Positions 54,723 through 64,000 of a DNA stretch of 64,000 nt are shown here, one piece after another. The DNA lies in contig OX597814.1 of NCBI GenBank assembly GCA_951406725.2, positions 85,498,001 to 85,562,000 of the forward strand, written 5' to 3'. The notes beneath the pieces were generated by a model. It was given only the letters and a program-made list of their open reading frames with translations. It did no database searches and was not told the DNA's origin. The stretch's first letter is position 1; each line of letters opens with the position of its first letter. The translations under genes and the position numbers were made by a program. This DNA comes from Octopus vulgaris (taxonomy: Eukaryota).

Positions 54723-54854
54723 TATGGTTTATCCCAGATAAGTTAACCTCCCACTATCGCATACGCGACTCTTAGAGCTAACAGTACAAACTGACATGTT
54801 CATGAGGCTCTTAAAAATTGGGCTTTTGACGATTCTGTTATTGTTGTTGTTTGT

Positions 54855-55518
54855 GGAGGCGCGTAGCTTAATGGTTTGGTTATTGAGCTGCTCACAATCG
54901 TGAGGTCGTGTGTTCGATGTCCGGCAGCGCGTTGTGTCCTTGAGCAAGATATTTTATTTCACATTGCTCCAGTTCACTCATCTGGCAAAAAGTTAGTAGT
55001 ACTTGTATTTCAAAGGGCCTGTCTTGTGACATCCTGTGTCACGCCGAATCTCCCTTAGAACTACGTTAGGGGCATGCCTGTTCTGTGGAGTGCTCAGCCA
55101 CTTGCATGTTAATTTCCCAAGCAGGCTGTTCTGGTGATTGGATCAACTGGAACCCTATTCGTTGTAACCGACGGAGAGCCAGTTTTTATTGTTGTTGTTA
55201 GAAAGGACCTATGAACAATAGGATATTCGGCTCACGATCGTAAGGTCGCGTTCAATTCCCGGTACCGCGTTGTCTCCTGGAGCAAGGTACTTTATTTCAC
55301 GCTGCTAGTCCACTCAGCTGGCAAAAATGAGTAGTACCTGTATTTTAAAGGGTCATCCTTGTCACATTCTGTGTCACGCTGAATCTCCCTCAGAATTACG
55401 TTAAGGACGCGCGTGTCTGTGGAGTGCTTAGCCACATTTGCACGTTAATTTCACGAGCTGGCTGTTCCCTTGATCGGATCAACTGGAACGCTCGTCGTCG
55501 TAGCCGACGGAGTGCCAT
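54855..55518 (+). mobile_element. Two tandem SINE family 4 copies (54855-55181, 55219-55518)
   Basis: tRNA-like head with GTTCGATGTCC / GTTCAATTCCC and a shared body ending CCGACGGAG.GCCA. Confidence 0.85.
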
Positions 55519-56388
55519 AACGAAATCGGGTTCGTTGGATAATATCCATAGTCTCCGTTGGTCGCGATTGGAAAACCAGCCGGAAACACGAATGACGATT
55601 ACTGCAGATACGACCATATGGAGGATGTGCATGCGAACCCCCACGACTCTCCCAGAAATAACGGCAAGAGAAGATGGATGTATGGATGGATTAGATATCT
55701 AATACTACATACATAATCCAATGGGTAGAATTCTGGTTTAAATACCCCCATATACCTTTTCATAACTAAGAACCCCATATAACCCCTCATAACTTTTTCA
55801 TTTTTACGAATTTTCAGAAATTTTTTGCAAATTTGTGTTCTACATACTGAAATTCATACAGTTATGAGAAAGAAATTCTTTCAAAAATTTTTATATCCTC
55901 CTTCCTCCGGCTCCTAAAAGTTCCTCAATTTTTCGATTATTGGTTTCAAAACCAGTGTTTAAAATACATACTATCTGAATTTTTTTTTTGCTTAAATCCC
56001 AGCAATGTTCCACCCATGGGTGCATCATCACTCCATTAAATATGTTTATGAGGTGAAAATATTGAAAAAAAATCAATACATGCTCGAGTGAAAAAGACAC
56101 GAAGAAGGTATCTGGTGGTCGTGAAATGTGCTAAAAATAACAGCTACACCGCCCTTAAATCACACACAAAATTTCTTTCGCAATGGTATTACTTGCCGTG
56201 AAAATTCCAAAAATAAAGTTGTGAAGGGTTATACGGAATGCTTAAACCAGAATTCTGGCATCCATTTTTGTCTCAGATATAATTTTAAAGATAGTAGAAG
56301 CGGCAGAAGAAACATAAAGAAACTAAACTGTGTTTAGTGGCTGTAGCATGATGGTGAGTAAATATTTGTGAGTAAATATTTGTAAATT

Positions 56389-56466
56389 CCTTCTTCTTCT
56401 TCTTCTTCTTCTTCTTCTTCTTCTTCTTCTTCTTCTTCTTCTTCTTCTTCTTCTTCTTCTTCTTCT

Positions 56467-56513
<47 letters not shown>

Positions 56514-56520
56514 TTCTCAT
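56389..56520. repeat. (CTT)n/(GAA)n microsatellite
   Basis: Seen directly; source of the poly-Arg ORF. Confidence 0.95.
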
Positions 56521-56743
56521 CCTCCTCCTCCTCCCCTTCCCCCGCATCTAATTTTCGTAACCTTCGATATTCTTCAAATATGGATCAACGCGACCTTATA
56601 ACACAAAACACCGCAACAACCTAGCACAGCACCTCTCTTTGATACCGTCACCCCACTATTCAATCTTTCTACACCCACCTCCTCCTCCCAACTCGTACAC
56701 TACACCACCATGCTTCCACCTCATCATCTCTTATACACCCCCA

Positions 56744-56787
<44 letters not shown>

Positions 56788-56913
56788 GTATGTATGCATA
56801 TGTATATGTATGTATGTATATGTATGTTTGCATATGTATATGTATGTATGTACTTCTTACCAACCTATCCAACTATCCATGATTTTCTGTCACACAATAC
56901 ACAGTGTGTATGA

Positions 56914-57018
<105 letters not shown>

Positions 57019-57062
57019 AATATATACATATACATACATATATATATATATAAATATATACA

Positions 57063-57156
<94 letters not shown>

Positions 57157-57170
57157 CATACACACACACT

Positions 57171-57218
<48 letters not shown>

Positions 57219-57928
57219 TGTATGTATATATTCATACATTCATACATACCTACAATCATACAACATACTCATATCATTCATCAATCATCTGATCTCATTC
57301 TCCCCCTCCTCTGTATCCCTCCTCTCTCTTTCCCTCTCTCTCACTCACCCTCTTCGTATTTCTATCCTCTCTACCTATCATCGTGTCTCTAACAGAGTTT
57401 TAATTATACCATAGGGAGGTTTCTTCACAACCACCGCCACCACCACTACCACCACCACCACTTCGAATTTAGCTACAATTTCTTATTAATTAGAGCGCCA
57501 GTTTGTCTGGCATCCGAGGGTGAGTGGATGGGATTCGATACCTAAGAAACAACGACAAACCCCTATTGTATTTTTTCCCTATTTTTTTCTTTGGTTTTCT
57601 TCTTTCGTTGTCTGCATTTGTCCGGGGTCATGTTCTAGAGATTGATGACAAGGCTCAGGTTAAAGAGACGTGCATAAATTAGTGACACAAAATACTAATT
57701 TTTCTTCCTTAATTTCTATTTGGTTTTGTTCTGTTTCTTCTTCTTTCTTTGTTGTTGTTGTTAATCTTTTTCATAGATGATACGCAAAGGATTTAAAGTA
57801 AACAAACAAACAAATAATGTTTTGATATTATTTTCCATGTTGCGGTTGATGTACTTGCTTTTTGTGATATTGTTGCTGCATATTATTTTTATATCCCGTC
57901 GGTAGCCAGTCAGCCTTGCAGAGTACAA

Positions 57929-58016
<88 letters not shown>

Positions 58017-58025
58017 TACACACAC

Positions 58026-58081
<56 letters not shown>

Positions 58082-58302
58082 TCGCACATATTGTTTACGT
58101 CTGAAGATGTAGATTCGATTCCTACGAGCAGCATTCGACTTTTCTTACCTGAAAGAATTTTAATTCAATATTTACATATAATTACATCTGTATACGTACG
58201 TACGTACATACATACATACATACATACATACATACATACATACATACATACATACATACATACATACACACACACACATACATACATACATACATACATA
58301 CA

Positions 58303-58333
<31 letters not shown>

Positions 58334-58622
58334 TCTCCCCATATATTACACGCTCACGTGGTCGCACCAGTTGATCCTGTCTCCTCTCATCCCCCACGAA
58401 CTTCTACTGGACTTTCTACACTTCAACTGCACTTCTCCTGCCTATGGATTACAATAGACTCCTCAGTTGAAAAATCGCTCCAATACACCACAAGTCTGAA
58501 GATTTTGAACCTTTTGAACTTTTCATAACTTTTTTTATAGTTTCTAAACTTTTTTTTGTCCATGATAGATCGTGAACCACTACATATTCTTTATTTTCTC
58601 TCCTTGTTTCTTTCTGTGTTCC

Positions 58623-58657
58623 TTTCTGTAGAAGAGCGTAGGCTCGAAACATTAAAA
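58623..58657 (+). ncRNA. Minimal hammerhead-like motif with variant core CUGUAGA
   Basis: TTT-CTGTAGA-A-GAGC-GTAG-GCTC-GAAA-CA-TT-AAA; homolog of 49953-49988. Confidence 0.45.
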
Positions 58658-58777
58658 ACTTTTTCACTTCCCGAGCGTTATACTAATACATCTGTTTGTT
58701 GTCTACACCACCTGTCTTTTTTTTGCGAATTCTCCCTCCCCCCTCCCTCCCCCCCTCCCTACATACATACATACATG

Positions 58778-59600
58778 CAACCTGTTTGGAGTTAAACATG
58801 GCTGAACTTGGTATCTCGGGGGAAGAATGTAAATTTTTAATTCATATGCTAAAAATGATCATGATATCTGGGAATATAACAATTTGCAAGACCTTCTTAC
58901 GATTTAAAGGATGATGGTTAAAACAAGATACTTTCCTTCACAACCTTGCTACCAAATAGGTGGCTGGTCAAGATTTACTCTAAAACTAGAAAGAGATAGA
59001 GAAAAACATACATACATACATACATACATACATACATACATACATACATACATACATACATACATGCGTACGTACGTACGTACACATTTTCAGTTTCATA
59101 CCTATTATCCTTGGAGCAACAGGATACATATCAACCTATCTGGTGCAAAGTATAACTGAACTTGGTATCCTCGGAAAATAATTTAAATCTATAATTCATA
59201 TGCTAAAAGTCTTCACGATATCTGGGACTATAACAATCTCCAAGTCTTCCTAAGATTTAAAAGCTGGTAGTTAAAACAAGATACTTTCCTTCACTACCTT
59301 GCTACCAAATAGGGAGCCGGTCAAAATTTACTCTAAAATTAAAAAGAGAAAGGAAACATACATGCTTCAGGTTATATACCAAATCGGCCTGGAACGAGGT
59401 ATGACTGAATTTGGAAATGTGGGGACTTAATTCATATGCTGCAAATGGCTGCAATTTCTGGAACTTCGACATTTGTAAAACGTTCCTACGATACAAAGGA
59501 TGAACACTTAATCAAGAGATGTTGACAATTTCCTTTTTACGACCTTGCCACCAGGAAGTTTGCCGGTTCAAAATAAACTAAAAGAGACAAAGTGAACATA
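58778..59600 (+). mobile_element. Three stacked 5'-truncated 3' ends of an R4/Dong-like LINE, each ending in TACA repeats
   Basis: Units about 58778-59006, 59085-59356 and 59365-59596 encode ELGI..IHML..ISG..ICKTFLR(F/Y)KG* (unit 2 also FIPIILGATGYI), share a 3' UTR (ACCTTGC.ACCA) and end in ACATACAT. Confidence 0.8.
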
Positions 59601-59659
59601 CATACATACATACATACATACATACATACATACATACATACATACATACATACATACAT

Positions 59660-60620
59660 TGAAATTTTCCGAGAAAAAACTTTGGCTTTGAAGGACTCTC
59701 TCGAGGAGAGAGTATTCTCTACCAAAGTAAGTAAAAAAACACCAGATACGGTATTAAAAGCTGCTAACAAAATTGGTGATGATTATTTACAACAGTGTGA
59801 TAAACCCACACACTGGCAGATTAACGCTTGTCTATATGCACTGGATACTACTGTAAAACAGTACGTGAATGATATTCAAAAAGTAGACAAAACCGAAATA
59901 ACAAAGAAAGTACAATCATGGGTTACGAAGACAGAGAAAAAGATAACTGGTTTACGGAAGACCATCGGTCACGTAATGATGCTCATTGTATGCAAACATG
60001 CAAATCACTATACGTCCCACCAACAGAAAGTAAAGAGGAGATAGAAATGATGTTGGGAGACAGCAAAAAGAGGACACTCACTTATAAACTGATTATCCTA
60101 AAGCAAGAGCTAAAAGCTGTTTGTTTAAAAATTCCGACGTCAGAAGAGAATAACCGACAGAAGAACAATAAGCAAAAATTTAACCGCAACCAGGCAGCAA
60201 TGTACAGAGACATGAGAGGAGGAGCAATAAATATCACGGAAGCTCCTTCACGAGAAGACATAAACCCCTAGAGGTAAATCTGAAGTGAAGAGAATGAATT
60301 TAACCAAGATGCTTCGTGGCTGGAAGAAATCCGAATAAGTTATTGCTCCTGCGTTACATCCAAGACATAGAACATTGGCATAACACTCTTACAACTGTAA
60401 TACAGAAACTCCAGGATGGAAAACCCCCTGGAAGTGACTTGATTGCTGGATATTGGTACAAGAGGCTAACATTCTACCGATAATATCTTACCAATCTGTA
60501 CCAGCAAACTTTCATTGGGAACAGTAGCATACCAGAATGGTTAGCTCTGGCAAAGACAAAATTGATCCCCAAATGCAGAACCACCCACATGGCAAAAAAC
60601 TACCGGTCAGTTGCATGCCA
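59660..60620 (+). pseudogene. R4/Dong-like LINE pre-RT and RT N-terminal remnant
   Basis: WQINACLYA, KFNRNQAAMYRDM, KPPGSDLIAGYWYKRL, PEWLALAKTKLIPK, AKNYRSVAC. Confidence 0.75.
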
Positions 60621-60879
60621 ACAAGTGTTTCGGTCCTTCTTCCAAACACTCTACGAGAGTCGGGCTTACCCAGGTCATGACTCCCAGGTGTTCTCTTGCT
60701 GCTTTCCAAAATCCTGCCCCAGCAGGATTCAAACCTGGGTCATTCTTTTCTTGTTTTCTCAAGTCTGTATTTTAGACCACTAGGCCACGCTGACCACCGA
60801 AGGAACTAGTTCTCTTCTTCCTTATATGTCCTATAAAGGGAATCTATAATTTTGTTCATTGATCATTTCTCTTTGCCCA

Positions 60880-61300
60880 TATCCACATTGAGCTCTTTTC
60901 AGCAACATGAAACAAGCGTTTGGTTATGGCAGTTCTGCGGTTTTGATACACAACTGTCAGAGTAGCGGTAGGTTGAAGCTGCCACGAATCCTCGTGATAC
61001 AACTTCAACTAGTTTCACAGTACAATGGCAACCCTCACTCCCTAGCTGCCTCGCCAGCTCACCATATTTGCTCATCTTAAAGATGTACTGCTCTTCGATG
61101 CAGCTCTCATATGGTACTTACAATTGAATAAGAACCACTTTGGCACTTTGTTCAGACCATAAGATGATGTCTGGTCTCAAGTCATTTTTGGTGATGAATT
61201 CTGGGCAGTTATTATGCTTCTGTAGCTATTTCCAGGTATCTTTGAGTCAAAGTAGGTCTCCAGCTGCCACAAATTCATATCTGGTTATCTTCTTCGCTCC
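60880..61300 (-). pseudogene. HERO-like non-LTR retrotransposon RLE remnant
   Basis: DLRPDIILWSEQSAKVVLIQL*VPYESCIEEQYIFKMSKYGELARQLGSEG..LVEVVSRGFVA. Confidence 0.8.
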
Positions 61301-61794
61301 AGCCCACTTCTTTCCTTCTTTGGTTACAAAGGCCTCTTTTGATTTAGTTGTATCTCACTGCATTTGGCTAACAATAATAGAGATAATTAAAAAATAATAC
61401 CGATTGACTCATTGACATATGTAGGAGCGTAATTATTCAATCAGTGATTGGTAATATTTTTGTGGGTGCAAGGGACGGGAGACGCTTGCAAAGTCGCCAT
61501 CTTTAATATTCGTGGTCTGTCTGCTGAGATAGTAGTAAATACATCTTCCAGAAGTTTGTTTAATATTTTGACGAATGAGAGCAAGATTCCTTTAACTGGC
61601 GTTTGAGTTATCATTGCTGTTGTTGCAATTGTTATTTGGCTCTGAGTCGGCGCTTCAAGTAGATCAAAGATGATCAAATGTTGACCTGTGATAACCTGTA
61701 GTTGATAAGCATAGTAAATATATATCCTAATGTATACTTTTTAAAAGCACGCGTAGAGTGGTACACGTTGGTGGTGTTAGTGTGCACCAAAAAA

Positions 61795-62979
61795 ATTCTT
61801 TTATTCCTTTACTGATTTCAATCATTTTGAATGCAGCCATGCTGGAGCACCGCTTTTAGTCGAGGAAATCGACTCCCAGGACTTATTCTATCTAAGCCTA
61901 GTACTTATTCTATCGGTCACTTTTGCTGAACCGCTAAGTTACGGGGACGTAATCAGATCGCTCCTTCCAAGTCCAAGTTAATGGTTCGCGGTTCGACGTC
62001 TCCAGTGCGAGCAGTGGCGTGCCTCAAGGTTCAGTGCTTGGGCTCTTCATAAATGACTTGCCCGACGACCTCACGCAACACACCCTTCTATTTGCCGACG
62101 ATGTCAAACTGGTTGCTCCTCGCGGTGATATAGAGGATCTTCGTCGATGCCTCCACCAAATTTGGAGATGGTCTAACGAATGGGACCTGTGTCTGAACGT
62201 GTCAAAGTGCTGTCATCTGCCTGTCGGCTCTCCTCCTGCAACTCAACTTGATTTCGAGCCGGGTCGTCTGCTGCTAGAGAGGACCGATCAGGTAAAGGAC
62301 CTGGGTATCTTGGTGGATTCCTCCTTTTCGCCTTCGGCCCAGTGCGTCCATGCTGCCAACAAAGTACGCGGAATTCTGTTCTTGATTCGACGGTCATTCG
62401 GAATGCTATGTCACGCTGGTGAGACCCATATTGGAGTACGGGATTCAAGCCTCTTCTCCTTATCTCCTCAAAGACATACAGCATCTCGAAAGAGTCCAGA
62501 AGCTGGCTACCCGCATGGTTCTTGGTCTCAAGAATTTGTCTTATGAAGAAAGGCTGAAGATGCTCGACCTTTATTCTCTAGAAAAACGACGACGCCGTGG
62601 AGATCTCATTCTTGCTCACAACATCATAAGCTAAGCGGAAAGTGTAACCTCTCGAAAGAGCTGTTCTTCACTCCTGCTCCAGAGCGTCGGCTGCGAGGTC
62701 ATTCCGAAAAGCTCTAACTGCGACGATTTCATCTCAATCGAAGGAGAGGGGCTTTCTCCATCCGGGTTGCGGATCCGTGGAATAATCTGCCAGACGAGAT
62801 GGTGAAGATGCCGACGACCGCTCGGTTCAAAGTCTCCCTTGACCTCAAGTGGCCTGAACTCTTTACATGAACATCACCCTGTACATAACTCCATGTCCCC
62901 CTACATGGCCTTGCTTTTTGCTTTTTGAGCCAAAAAATTAACTAACTAACTAACTAACTAACACCAACGATGGTGGACA

Positions 62980-63037
<58 letters not shown>

Positions 63038-63194
63038 AATACGACAGACTTCTTTGAGTTTCCGTCTACCAAATCCATTCACAAGGCTAAGATCGGCCCG
63101 AGGCGATAGCAGAACATATTTGCCCAAGGTGCCACGCAGTGGGACTGAAGCATGTGGTTGGTAAGCAAGCTTCTTACCATACAGCCACGCCTGC
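61795..63194 (-). mobile_element. SINE family 2 split by a CR1-group LINE
   Basis: SINE 3' half at 61795-61952 and 5' half at 62961-63194 rejoin as GGGACGTAA|ACACCA. Confidence 0.88.
61953..62960 (+). pseudogene. CR1-group LINE 3' portion (RT, 3' UTR, (ACTA)n tail)
   Basis: SGVPQGSVLG, LLFADDVKL, KDLGILVD, VRPILEYG, LERVQKLATRMV.GLKNLSYEERLKMLDLYSLEKRRRRGDLI; (ACTA)n tail. Confidence 0.93.
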
Positions 63195-64000
63195 GTCGAA
63201 GATATGTAACGTTTAAGAAAGTGAGGAGGAAGGTTTTTACTACACAGCCATCGCCTGCTCCTAAGATATATTGAAGATATGTTAGGTTTAAGAAAGGGGG
63301 CAGCTAGTTTAGTAATCGTACTGGGCGGCCAAAATCCGCCCCAAACCCACGTTACACTACTGCAGCTGAGTGGGATTTCGGTTGGATTTGCCTGGATTTC
63401 TAACAGGTTGAGAAACTACATAAAGGTTTCTTGTTGCGGTTTTTAGAATTAAGTGTGACAGGAGATAAAAAAAAAGAATGTGAAGTTCCGAGTTCTCGTC
63501 TAGCGTCGTTCTAAGTTCCGAGGGTTTGTATTTATGTGCACTTCGTAGAGAACAACTACTGTAGACAAAGTCGAGTTGAGGCAGGGACAATGCCTGGTAC
63601 TTAAACCAGAGCATGTAATGTTAAAAATAAGTACCATTTAATTTAATCAGTGTGTATAATATATATACATATATATGGTTCTAAAATAATCCTTCATTGA
63701 AGCAGCAGTAGTAACAACAACAATAATACCGCCGCTGCTGGATTGTTTTTTTTTTATATACACGGCCTGAAACCAAGGTAAGGTTGTCATGGTTGGAATA
63801 TATCTTTGATCATAAGCTTGCTCGATCAAGACTGACCTGGGGCTAAACAAAAATAATACCTCATGGCTAGAATGCCTTTTATCATCCATCTGCTCAGTAC
63901 ATTCTAACATGGAGTTAAACAACAACAACAACATTGCTAAATGATCTTTTCTACTCTAGGCACAAGGCCCAAAGTCTTTTGAGGAGGGGGCCAGTCGATT

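Overview
Eukaryotic, AT-rich, repeat-saturated intronic or intergenic DNA. The tRNA-derived SINE families and very dense (TA)n/(TG)n/(TACA)n/(TCTA)n microsatellites suggest an octopus (coleoid cephalopod) genome; this is inference, not a database result. No intact host gene can be supported, and most listed ORFs are microsatellite artefacts. Transposon relics: mariner, maT and Tc1 transposases (one full-length Tc1 with TIRs), two hAT MITEs with 8-bp TSDs, a head-to-tail Helitron tandem with a PIF1 helicase fragment, RTE, CR1, R4/Dong-like and HERO-like LINE remnants, a decayed Penelope-like ORF, and at least four SINE families. Most notable: (1) about ten type I hammerhead-ribozyme-like motifs in short modules bounded by (TA)n, one pair with a compensatory stem I change and two inside a ~100-bp inverted repeat; (2) three stacked, diverged R4/Dong-like 3' ends each ending in TACA repeats, suggesting microsatellite targeting; (3) a 238-bp near-perfect palindrome; (4) a compact Pbx-Hox/Meis motif cluster. 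Coordinates were read by eye and may be off by a few bases.
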